A stretch of DNA of 64,000 nucleotides. Source: Rhodospirillales bacterium. GTDB lineage: Bacteria; Pseudomonadota; Alphaproteobacteria; Rhodospirillales; UBA2165. The notes under the pieces are model-generated. The model was not told the DNA's origin. It searched no databases and saw only the letters and a program-made list of their open reading frames with translations. This document shows, piece after piece, positions 19,609 to 28,400 of the stretch. Location of the stretch: contig DUBF01000153.1 of assembly GCA_012960465.1 (NCBI GenBank), positions 13,476 through 77,475 of the forward strand. Reading direction: 5' to 3'. Made by a program: the position numbers and the translations under genes. Every line of letters begins with the position of its first letter. The first letter of the stretch is position 1.

Positions 19609-20913
19609 TTATTCAAACATTGTGTTAGGCAAGAATAGCGCTATTTCAGGAAAGGCAACCAAAATGGCCAAACATGCTGCCATAGCAAACCAAAATGGCC
19701 AGATACCTCTGAATATAGTACCCATTGGCACTTCGGGCGCAATGCCCCTAACAACAAATACATTGACACCAACCGGTGGGCTGATCAGCCCCATTTCCAA
19801 AACAATCACGCATACAACACCAAACCAAATTGGGCTTAAGCCCAGTTCCAGTATTAGTGGGTATACAATTGGTAGCGTCAAAACTAGCATTGCCAAACCT
19901 TCAAGAAAGGTACCTAATACAACGTAAGTCAGAAGAATTATAATCAAAACACCCAGATCACCAACGTCTAGGCCAATCAAGAATATGACCAAATCTTCAG
20001 GTATTTGGGTAAGTGCCATAAACGGAATGAAGACATGTGCACCGATCAAGATCATAAAGACTGTAGCCGTTGTCCGAAGCGTCTGAAAAACAACAAATTT
20101 ACTACTTTTCCAATCGAGTTCTTGTCGCACTAACGCTATCACCAATACGATAAAAGCGCCAACACCAGCCGCCTCGACGGGTGTAAACCATCCAACATAA
20201 ATCCCACCGATCGTTACAAGAACAACACCAACAATTGTACTAGCATTGCGCAAGGAACTAAGTTTTTCCCCAAAACTTGTCTTTGGGCCGGCGGGTCCTT
20301 TAGCAGGATCAAGCCGCGTTACAATCGAGATCGCAAATATGAAAAGTGCCGTCAACAATATGCCTGGCAGGACACCAGCAATAAAAAGCTTGCCAATCGA
20401 TTGCTCCGTCAAGATAGCATAAATGATCATTCCTGTTGAGGGTGGTATAAGAATACCCAATGTACCCCCCGCAGCAACAGCGCCAGTTGCAAGACTATCG
20501 CTATAGTTGAAGCGCTTCATTTCAGGAAGGGCGACCCGACCCATTGTTACGGCAGCAGCAATCGACGAGCCACTCATTGCAGCAAAACCGGCACAACCGG
20601 CGATTGTTGCAGAAGCCAATCCGCCTCGAAAATGACCAATCCACTTATAGGCTGCAGTATAAAGATCACGGCTCATGCCAGATACACCAGCCAAATTACC
20701 CATTAGCACGAATAACGGCACAACAATAAGTTCGGAGTAAGAAATTATTTCAAAGGCCTCACCACTCAGAGACGTCAATGCCGGAACAGTACCATTAACC
20801 ACCCAAGTACCAACGAAACCAACCACCAACATTGCCATGGCAACAGGCATACGGAGAATCAAAAACAAAAATAAAAAGAAAAGTCCAATAAAACCGATAG
20901 CCGTTACTGACAT
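19609..20913 (-). CDS. TRAP transporter large permease (DctM family)
   Basis: 434 aa, polytopic and Gly/Ala/Ile-rich, with DctM-like sequence. It follows the small permease gene. Confidence 0.9.
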   Translation of the reverse strand: MSVTAIGFIGLFFLFLFLILRMPVAMAMLVVGFVGTWVVNGTVPALTSLSGEAFEIISYSELIVVPLFVLMGNLAGVSGMSRDLYTAAYKWIGHFRGGLASATIAGCAGFAAMSGSSIAAAVTMGRVALPEMKRFNYSDSLATGAVAAGGTLGILIPPSTGMIIYAILTEQSIGKLFIAGVLPGILLTALFIFAISIVTRLDPAKGPAGPKTSFGEKLSSLRNASTIVGVVLVTIGGIYVGWFTPVEAAGVGAFIVLVIALVRQELDWKSSKFVVFQTLRTTATVFMILIGAHVFIPFMALTQIPEDLVIFLIGLDVGDLGVLIIILLTYVVLGTFLEGLAMLVLTLPIVYPLILELGLSPIWFGVVCVIVLEMGLISPPVGVNVFVVRGIAPEVPMGTIFRGIWPFWFAMAACLAILVAFPEIALFLPNTMFE

Positions 20914-20946
20914 CTGAAAAATTCTCCCAAGGTTCCGGCTAAAACA

Positions 20947-21441
20947 TTATTCGTTTTTATATTCAATGCTCTCGCGTCGAAATATCATCATCATTTCGAT
21001 AAGCAGGACAATGGCATAGAGCAAAACACCTGCGGCCGACAGATGCATGAATGGTCCGTAGGAAATTTGGAGTGTTCCACTAGCCTCACCAAACTCAAGC
21101 GCATCAAAACCGCTAACGGATAGATGCCAAGACAATACAAGTAGCATGCAGAAACCGATAAATTTAACAATGATGTCGGTCCACCTCGTCACTTTTTCGC
21201 CAACCAAATCGCCGAAGAGTTCAACAACAACTTGTCCACCCGATCTGCCACTATAGGCAACAGATGCCGACACAACAATGATCAGAAATAATTGGGCAAT
21301 ATCGCGACCCCCCAAAATAGGAGAATTGAAAACAGTCCGCATGATAACGTCTATTACAGTTACCAAAGTCAAGGCGAGAAGCCCCAAACCACCCGCCCAA
21401 AGAGCTATATGACAAACCACACGATCGAGACGTTCAATCAC
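20947..21441 (-). CDS. TRAP transporter small permease (DctQ family)
   Basis: 164 aa with four TM helices, located between the DctP-like and DctM-like genes. Confidence 0.85.
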   Translation of the reverse strand: MIERLDRVVCHIALWAGGLGLLALTLVTVIDVIMRTVFNSPILGGRDIAQLFLIIVVSASVAYSGRSGGQVVVELFGDLVGEKVTRWTDIIVKFIGFCMLLVLSWHLSVSGFDALEFGEASGTLQISYGPFMHLSAAGVLLYAIVLLIEMMMIFRRESIEYKNE

Positions 21442-21504
21442 GTGATTTGCCGATAGTTATAATTTTCATCATAAACAAGCTTAAGTATTATTTTAGGCCA
21501 AAAA

Positions 21505-22527
21505 TTAATTTTTTAACGCATTAAAAATTTCAGTCGCATTCATGCCTTTTTTATCCAACTCAGCTAGTTCCTTTTTCACGGAAGCCGCAGTAATATCATT
21601 GAATTTTTTTGCTTCAGCAGCAGACAATTCTATCATTTTTATTTTTTTGCCTTCTTTAGCTGCTTTGAGCGCACGGAGATCGCCTTTACCCCACCCTTCA
21701 GAAGCTTTGATACTAGCACCTTTACCCGTAAGTTTTGAAATAGCTGCTTGTTCGGCACTCGAAAGACCATTCCAGCTCTTTTTGTTCATCATAACATAAA
21801 ACAGGCTGGCTGTACCCTTAATACCGGTAGTCACAAAATCACCCGGCTCGTTCAGATTCCAAGGACGTTGCATTGCAACCGGTGCAATCTGTATTGCATC
21901 AATCACACCGTTTTGCATGGCGTTATAAGTTTTGGTCACCGGAATATAAACTCCAACTGCACCCCAGGCGTTAACGTGACGGATATCAAAAGGTGAAGAT
22001 GTCCTGAGTTTCATACCTTTAATATCTGCAACCGAACGAACAGCTTTTTTGCGAGTGATGATGACAGATGGCCAGTTTGCGAACAGCGCCAACAATTTGG
22101 TTTTCTTGAATTCGCTAGACAAATGCTTATCGTAAATCTTCCACATTTTACGAGTAACTTCAGCACCCGTTTTGCCGATGCCCGGTTTGCTAGCAATCAT
22201 TGTTTTTGGAAAAATCTTCGGCGTATACACCAAAACACCAAAAGCCATGTCGGCAACCCCTTGGACAACACGTTTATATTGTTGAACAGGGCCCTTACCT
22301 AAAGCCCCGGAAGAATATATTTTAATGGTCAACTTACCATTTGTCGCTGCGGCTAAACTCTTAGCCATTGGCACAAACATAGCCTTATGAAGGTGGTGAA
22401 CCGGCGGCATAAAATGCGCAAGTTTTAATTCTTTTGCTTGAATTAAAGATCCTGAACTTCCCGCAAAGATTAGTCCTATACTTAAAATAGTTGATGGTAG
22501 AAAACGTTTTAAATTACAGATAGTCAT
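21505..22527 (-). CDS. TRAP transporter substrate-binding protein (DctP family)
   Basis: 340 aa with a signal peptide and a DctP-type solute-binding fold by sequence resemblance. It is the first gene of the TRAP operon. Confidence 0.85.
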   Translation of the reverse strand: MTICNLKRFLPSTILSIGLIFAGSSGSLIQAKELKLAHFMPPVHHLHKAMFVPMAKSLAAATNGKLTIKIYSSGALGKGPVQQYKRVVQGVADMAFGVLVYTPKIFPKTMIASKPGIGKTGAEVTRKMWKIYDKHLSSEFKKTKLLALFANWPSVIITRKKAVRSVADIKGMKLRTSSPFDIRHVNAWGAVGVYIPVTKTYNAMQNGVIDAIQIAPVAMQRPWNLNEPGDFVTTGIKGTASLFYVMMNKKSWNGLSSAEQAAISKLTGKGASIKASEGWGKGDLRALKAAKEGKKIKMIELSAAEAKKFNDITAASVKKELAELDKKGMNATEIFNALKN

Positions 22528-22582
22528 ATTCTATCCCCCCTGAAATGTTTCAACTGGTTATATGAGCGTAAGAAGACCATTT

Positions 22583-22606
22583 ATTAGATAATTCTTTTGG
22601 TCTAAT
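22583..22606. promoter_or_regulatory. inverted repeat ATTAGA-N12-TCTAAT, a candidate operator between the TRAP operon and the lysR fragment
   Basis: Perfect 6-bp arms at 22583-22588 and 22601-22606, in the divergent intergenic region about 55-80 bp upstream of the dctP-like start. Confidence 0.3.
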
Positions 22607-22746
22607 ATTACCCGCCTGCTTTTATTTTATTTTTCAGACTACTAATCTATATCATATTGTCAATAACCAGTGAAATAACAGAATATATCGGCAAACGTAA
22701 CACATTATCGGGCTCTCTAAATTAAATCTATCAATGCTTATTAATA

Positions 22747-22971
22747 TTGATTATGAACAAAACTAATATATTGACCTTGGATGGACATATTCTGAAGACC
22801 TTTTTGGTGTTATTAGAATCGTCCCCAGTCACAGTTGCAGCCGAACGGTTAGACCTAACACAATCCGCCGTTAGTCACACACTTGCTAAACTTAGGTCAG
22901 CAATTGGAGACCCGCTCTTTGTCCATTCGAAGCAGGGATTGATCCCAACAGAAATAGCAGGTCATTCTTGA
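22747..22971 (+). pseudogene. truncated LysR-family regulator (HTH domain only, 74 aa)
   Basis: The sequence LKTFLVLLESSPVTVAAERLDLTQSAVSHTLAKLRSAIGDPLFVHSKQGLIPTE is a typical LysR N-terminal winged HTH. The ORF stops right after it and runs 10 nt into the convergent phhB gene. No effector-binding domain follows. Confidence 0.6.
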
Positions 22972-23297
22972 ATCAGATTAATTTTGGCGGCAAGAATAAA
23001 GTCATTCTCATGCAACCCATTAATTTTATGGGTGAGAACTGAAATATTTGCATACCCCCAGCCAAACTCAATATCTGGGTGATGGTCCTCTTGCTCAGCA
23101 ACCGCGGCAACCTTTTGAACAAAATCAAGTGCCATTTGAAAATCATCAAACTTAAAAGAACGATGAAGTTTCTTTGCGTCTTCCTTCAATTCCCAACCTA
23201 CAGTGCTCAACAAGAACGTCTTCGCTTCAGAAGTTGTTAGGGGCGGAATTCCTCCCCGACAGGGAACACATACTTTCTTTATTAATGCATTTGACAT
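22962..23297 (-). CDS. phhB: 4a-hydroxytetrahydrobiopterin (pterin-4a-carbinolamine) dehydratase
   Basis: 111 aa. EDHHPDIEFGWGYANISVLTHKINGLHENDFILAAKI matches the PCD/DCoH signature. Confidence 0.9.
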   Translation of the reverse strand: MSNALIKKVCVPCRGGIPPLTTSEAKTFLLSTVGWELKEDAKKLHRSFKFDDFQMALDFVQKVAAVAEQEDHHPDIEFGWGYANISVLTHKINGLHENDFILAAKINLIQE

Positions 23298-23569
23298 AGA
23301 AATAACCTCTTTTATAAGATCTGCGTATTTATACCCCAGAAAATAATATTAAATGATAAGAGCTAGTCCTCGCTGGTATTTAACCACGCAACTAAAATTA
23401 ATAATCTAAGATAGACTAAAATCTCAATAAAATATAATTTATTGATTGTATTTATATTTTTGATAATGGAGTTTTCAAGCCGAACCGATTAGTTTAACAA
23501 ATTAAAAAACGCATAATCAATTTATATAATTGAATGACGAGGGACAGGTCAAAAGGACCTGAAAAAATT

Positions 23570-24775
23570 ATGACTGAAGCTTTTATATGCGATGCAATTC
23601 GTACCCCTATTGGCCGATATGGTGGATCCCTCTCTTCAATACGGACTGATGATCTAGCGGCTTTACCAATATCAACTTTAATGGAACGAAATTCCACAGT
23701 TGATTGGGGAAAAGTAGACGATGTGATTTATGGTTGTGTAAACCAATCAGGGGAGGATAACCGAAATATCGCTCGGATGGCATTACTTTTGGCCGGGCTG
23801 CCCGACTCCGTACCTGGTGTTTCCGTGAATAGACTTTGCGCTTCCGGCATGCATGCTGTTGGCAGTGCTGCACGCGGCATACGATCTGGCGATGCGGATT
23901 TATTTATCGCGGGTGGCGTTGAGGGCATGTCAAGATCCCCATTTGTTATGGCAAAAGCTACCGCCGCCTTCTCTCGAAATGCAGAAATTTATGATACCAC
24001 AATGGGCTGGCGGTTTGTTAATCCTAAAATGCAACAATTATACGGTATTGATGAGATGGGAACGACAGCCGAAAATGTAGCAGCAGATTTTAAAATTTCT
24101 CGGGAAGATCAAGACCTGATGGCGCTTAAAAGTCAAAATAAAGCAGAAGTCGCTCAATCAAACGGTGATTTAGCAGAAGAAATTCTTGCCGTCACAATTC
24201 CACAGCGTAAAGGTGATGACATTGTCTTTGACAAAGATGAACACTTACGACCAGGTTCAACAATCGAAGGATTAGAAAAACTTCGTCCGGCTTTCCAGGA
24301 AGGCGGCTCAGTAACAGCAGGTAACTCATCGGGTATTAATGATGGCTCTTGCGCCTTGATTATTGCTTCAGAAGAAGCCGCCAACGAACACGGCCTTACA
24401 CCAAAAGCGCGTATTTTAGGATTAGCGGCTGGCGGTGTACCACCTCGTATTATGGGTATTGGCCCTGTTCCATCAACAAAAAAATTAATGAACCGACTTG
24501 GCTTAAAAATGGATGATTTAGATATAATAGAGTTGAACGAAGCCTTTGCAGCCCAAGGCCTCGCCGTTCTTCGAGAACTTGGTGTTGACGATGATGATCC
24601 TCGTGTAAACCCACAGGGTGGCGCCATCGCGCTTGGTCACCCCTTGGGTGCAAGTGGCGCGCGCCTAGTTACGACAGCGATGTACCAACTTCAACGCGGT
24701 AATAAAAAAAGGGCGTTATGCACTATGTGTGTTGGTGTTGGTCAAGGCTCATCTATCATTATTGAAAAAGTTTAA
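23570..24775 (+). CDS. acetyl-CoA C-acyltransferase (3-ketoacyl-CoA thiolase, PcaF/PaaJ-like)
   Basis: MTEAFICDAIRTPIGRYGGSL N-terminus, active-site NRLCASGM, and C-terminal GGAIALGHPLGASGARL and CVGVGQG. I trimmed the start to the ATG at 23570. Confidence 0.9.
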   Translation: MTEAFICDAIRTPIGRYGGSLSSIRTDDLAALPISTLMERNSTVDWGKVDDVIYGCVNQSGEDNRNIARMALLLAGLPDSVPGVSVNRLCASGMHAVGSAARGIRSGDADLFIAGGVEGMSRSPFVMAKATAAFSRNAEIYDTTMGWRFVNPKMQQLYGIDEMGTTAENVAADFKISREDQDLMALKSQNKAEVAQSNGDLAEEILAVTIPQRKGDDIVFDKDEHLRPGSTIEGLEKLRPAFQEGGSVTAGNSSGINDGSCALIIASEEAANEHGLTPKARILGLAAGGVPPRIMGIGPVPSTKKLMNRLGLKMDDLDIIELNEAFAAQGLAVLRELGVDDDDPRVNPQGGAIALGHPLGASGARLVTTAMYQLQRGNKKRALCTMCVGVGQGSSIIIEKV

Positions 24776-24777
24776 TT

Positions 24778-25722
24778 GTGCCACAAAAAATAGGTGTTTT
24801 AGTTAACTGTCCTATCAACTCAGAAAATCGGGAGAAATTTCCAAAACATTTTGTTTTATATTTTGCTGAAGAAGTTCCAGACAGAGACAAACTTCTTGCC
24901 AAAATTGGTAACGAGATTCAAATCATTATTTCTGATGGGCCGCGCCAAATCGATAAGAAACTAATGGATCAAATGCCTAATTTAAAATTAATATGCCTAC
25001 AATCTGTTGGCATTGATCACCTCGATATAGATACTGCTAACAATCGAAATATTAAAATCACTAATGCAGCAGGAACTAACGCTGCTAGTTGCGCTGATCA
25101 CGCTTTTGCCCTAATGCTGTCCCTTTACCGTAATATTATTATAAACGATCAATCGATGCATTCTAATAAGGCCGACGAAGAAACTCCTTTTATGCGCAGC
25201 AATACAATCTATGGGGGAAAAATTGGTATACTTGGCCTAGGGGCCATTGGCTGTGAAATAGCAAGTCGTGCGGCAGCATTTGGAATGGAGATTTTCTATC
25301 ATAACAGAACAAAGCGTAAAGACGTTCCTTACATTTATTGTTCCACACTCCAAAACTTAGCGAGTAAAATTGAAATTTTAGTGGTATCCTGTCCCGGTGG
25401 CAAAGCAACACAAAACATCGTTAATGCATCAGTGCTAAAAGCACTCGGGGGAAATGGTACATTAATTAATATCGCTAGAGGCACCATAGTAGATACTAAT
25501 GCACTCGTATATGCTCTCCAAAAAGGTATTATCAAAAACGCCGGCTTAGATGTAATCGGTGGGGCGGAGCATGAACGTAGCCGACTTTGTAATATGGATA
25601 ACGTTGTTATGTCGCCTCATATAGCAGGAAATACTAATGAATCTTGGCTGAATCGGAGCAATCTAATTCGTCAAATTTTAACAGAATTTAGGACTGGAAA
25701 ACCGCTTACAAATCAGCTTTAA
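24778..25722 (+). CDS. D-isomer-specific 2-hydroxyacid dehydrogenase family protein
   Basis: NAD-binding motif GILGLGAIGCEIA, plus the catalytic region NIARGTIVD and SPHIAGNT. It has a GTG start 2 nt after the thiolase stop. Confidence 0.85.
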   Translation: MPQKIGVLVNCPINSENREKFPKHFVLYFAEEVPDRDKLLAKIGNEIQIIISDGPRQIDKKLMDQMPNLKLICLQSVGIDHLDIDTANNRNIKITNAAGTNAASCADHAFALMLSLYRNIIINDQSMHSNKADEETPFMRSNTIYGGKIGILGLGAIGCEIASRAAAFGMEIFYHNRTKRKDVPYIYCSTLQNLASKIEILVVSCPGGKATQNIVNASVLKALGGNGTLINIARGTIVDTNALVYALQKGIIKNAGLDVIGGAEHERSRLCNMDNVVMSPHIAGNTNESWLNRSNLIRQILTEFRTGKPLTNQL

Positions 25723-25874
25723 CTAAACAATACCACCACAGCAAAACCACACTTGACCTTCTAGAATTTTTATCACAGTGTCGCGATGCTGAAATTCTGA
25801 AATATTTTGCCGCCAACCAGAAGGTTGTAAACGAGGGTGCTTAGGTTGACTTCTTAACAGGGACTAATTTAAAC

Positions 25875-27182
25875 ATGAGCCTGTCTTTTGCTATCGTCGG
25901 TTCCGGACCATCTGGAATGTATGCCGCCGATGCTTTATTAAAGAATTTTCCGAATTGCAAGATTGATGTATTTGATAAAATACCGATGCCTTTTGGCCTC
26001 ATACGGTATGGTGTTGCTCCAGACCATTTTAAAACTAAAAACACAGCCCGCCAATTCTTGAGGACTTTAGAACTCGATCAAGTAAGATATCTGGGCAATA
26101 TCGAAATCGGGCGGGACATTTCCGTCAACGAGCTCGAAGAACACTACAATGCTGTGATTTTTGCTATTGGGGCCTATAACGACAGAAAATTAGGAATCCC
26201 GGGTGAAAAACTTCCAGGAGTTTATGGTGCTTGTGCCTTTGTTGGATGGTATAATGCCCACCCAGATTTTAGGGATATTAATCCAATATTAGATGGCGCA
26301 AATGCAGCGGTTATCGGAATAGGAAATGTCGCCCTAGACGTCTGTAGAGTGCTAACCAAAACCCGGTTAGAAATGAAGGGATCAGACATCGCTGCATCAG
26401 CCCTAGACATTATCCAGAATATGCCAATTGAAGCAGTCCACATGTTCGGCCGTCGCGGCCCCGTTGAAGCCGGCTTCACCCCAAAAGAATTGGGCGAAGT
26501 ACGCAATCTTGAACGTTGCTCTGCGATAGTCGCCTATAACCAATTGCCAGTTAGTGTTGAAGGAAATTTTGAAGGGCGGGAAAAAGGTATCAAAGAAAAA
26601 AACCTTTCAATCCTCCGTGAATTATCAAATCAAGACAAACCTGAAAAACCTGTAAAAATGCATTTTCAGTTTTATGCGTCACCCGTCGAAATATTAGGTA
26701 CAACGCGAGTTGAGGGTATAAGGTTGGAGCGAACAGTGGTCAATAATGGTAAAGCCATATCAACTGGTGAAACATTTGACGTGCCGTGTTGCTCCGTAAT
26801 CACCGCTATTGGTTATCAAACCAAACCACCGGAAGGTTTACCGTTAGACGGAGTAACCATTGACAATATTGATGGATGGGTACGCGATAATTTATACGTT
26901 GTTGGATGGGCAAAGCGCGGTTCCAGCGGCACCATACCCACGAACGGTCCTGATTCGCGCAACGTCATAGATCTCTTATCTGAAAATTTAAATAAAAATG
27001 GCTCTCATACCCCCAAGCCTGGAGGTAAAGCAACCGATAAACTTCTTTCCACACGTGACGTTAGGGTTATATCTATTAACGATGTAGAAAAAATTAAAGA
27101 TGCAGAAACTGCTAATGCAGCAGTGGATCACCCATGGGAGAAGTTTACCAGTATCAAAGATATGCTGGCCGTGGTTGATTAA
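25875..27182 (+). CDS. NADPH-ferredoxin/adrenodoxin reductase-like flavoprotein (FprA type)
   Basis: IVGSGPSGMYAA FAD motif, FGLIRYGVAPDH, and a second dinucleotide fold VIGIGNVALDV. The size (435 aa) fits the FprA/AdR family. Confidence 0.8.
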   Translation: MSLSFAIVGSGPSGMYAADALLKNFPNCKIDVFDKIPMPFGLIRYGVAPDHFKTKNTARQFLRTLELDQVRYLGNIEIGRDISVNELEEHYNAVIFAIGAYNDRKLGIPGEKLPGVYGACAFVGWYNAHPDFRDINPILDGANAAVIGIGNVALDVCRVLTKTRLEMKGSDIAASALDIIQNMPIEAVHMFGRRGPVEAGFTPKELGEVRNLERCSAIVAYNQLPVSVEGNFEGREKGIKEKNLSILRELSNQDKPEKPVKMHFQFYASPVEILGTTRVEGIRLERTVVNNGKAISTGETFDVPCCSVITAIGYQTKPPEGLPLDGVTIDNIDGWVRDNLYVVGWAKRGSSGTIPTNGPDSRNVIDLLSENLNKNGSHTPKPGGKATDKLLSTRDVRVISINDVEKIKDAETANAAVDHPWEKFTSIKDMLAVVD

Positions 27183-27191
27183 TGGAACACC

Positions 27192-27521
27192 ATGTTTGAA
27201 TGGTATGTTTTGAGTGTTATCGGCTTTGCCCTAGGATTTGATCAACATAGATCAGTCCTTGTTTCAGGCACATCATATCCCTCCTATGGTTTTACTCCTA
27301 TTTTATTTGATGCATCCGCGTGGGTCGGGGGTATGGCAACAATCATTATGCTTTTGGCCGGAAGTTTTTTTGGTACTTGGTGGTGGCCACTACTAGCAAT
27401 GGCCACCGGAACAGTTACAAACTATACTGGCCGCCAAGTAATACCTTTAGAATATCGATATATAGTCTCGATGATTGGCACATTTTTCGGCTTTGGGTCT
27501 GTAATCATTTTTTTTCATTAG
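27192..27521 (+). CDS. hypothetical membrane protein (109 aa, 3-4 TM helices)
   Basis: ORF track and hydrophobic profile. No motif is recognised. Its 3' end overlaps the convergent prmA by 17 nt. Confidence 0.45.
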   Translation: MFEWYVLSVIGFALGFDQHRSVLVSGTSYPSYGFTPILFDASAWVGGMATIIMLLAGSFFGTWWWPLLAMATGTVTNYTGRQVIPLEYRYIVSMIGTFFGFGSVIIFFH

Positions 27522-28398
27522 AGTTCCTGAATATAAGTGTCTGCCAGTCGCCAATATTAATACGATCAACAAGTCGCAAACCTTGCCAAGCGTGTGCCGA
27601 AATTATCCGGTTAGCATCACCAGATAATAAACCAGATAGAATAGCCCAGCCGCCTGGGTTAAGATGGGATCCAAGATCTTTAGCCAACCGCGTTAGGGGC
27701 CGCAAAAGAATATTACTAACAATTATGTCAAATCTACGGGTTATAATCTTACGGTGGTTATATCCTGATCCACAAAGACATCGCACGTAACCTGAAACAC
27801 CATTAGTTTTAGCATTTATACTAGAGACCCTGGTTGATATGGGATCAATATCTGTTGCAATAACGGGTATACACCAACGTTTAGCTATCGCGATAGCAAG
27901 GATCCCAGAACCACAACCCATATCAAGCGCTGAACTGATTCGTCGCGATCTGAAAGCATAATTTATTCTATCGAGAGCAACTAAACACCCCTTAGTTGAG
28001 CCGTGATCACCGGTGCCAAAAGCTGTCGCAGCAGGGATGCAGAGGCTAATTAGAGCATGCGGCAACGGTTTATCATATTCAGCACCATGCACAAAAAACC
28101 TGCCTACCGTTATAGGTGGAAATTTCTTTAAATTGTCTAAAACCCAGTTACGTATTGGGATTTTTAATAAATTAACTTTCGGTGAAAGCTCCCCGATAGC
28201 TTCAGCTGTATATCGAACCGTGATATTGATAGCACATTCATCTGGTATAATATTAGAGATACCTGATACCTGTGACATCAACAGTCCTTCCTGCGCGGTC
28301 CAAGAAACTGAATCTAAATGGGGCTCTAAACTTTCAGCGAAGGCTGGCGCATGTTCATGTGAAACTTCAAACAATATTTGATATAAGGACTGAACCAT
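27505..28398 (-). CDS. prmA: ribosomal protein L11 methyltransferase
   Basis: 297 aa. AFGTGDHGSTKGCL and the SAM motif LDMGCGSGILAIA are typical of PrmA. Confidence 0.85.
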   Translation of the reverse strand: MVQSLYQILFEVSHEHAPAFAESLEPHLDSVSWTAQEGLLMSQVSGISNIIPDECAINITVRYTAEAIGELSPKVNLLKIPIRNWVLDNLKKFPPITVGRFFVHGAEYDKPLPHALISLCIPAATAFGTGDHGSTKGCLVALDRINYAFRSRRISSALDMGCGSGILAIAIAKRWCIPVIATDIDPISTRVSSINAKTNGVSGYVRCLCGSGYNHRKIITRRFDIIVSNILLRPLTRLAKDLGSHLNPGGWAILSGLLSGDANRIISAHAWQGLRLVDRINIGDWQTLIFRNSNEKK

Positions 28399-28400
28399 AA

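Noticed and set aside
27320-27790. 156-aa plus-strand ORF spanning the end of the 109-aa membrane protein and the 3' part of prmA
   Set aside because: It overlaps two better-supported genes and has an Arg/Ser/Pro-rich composition with no motifs.
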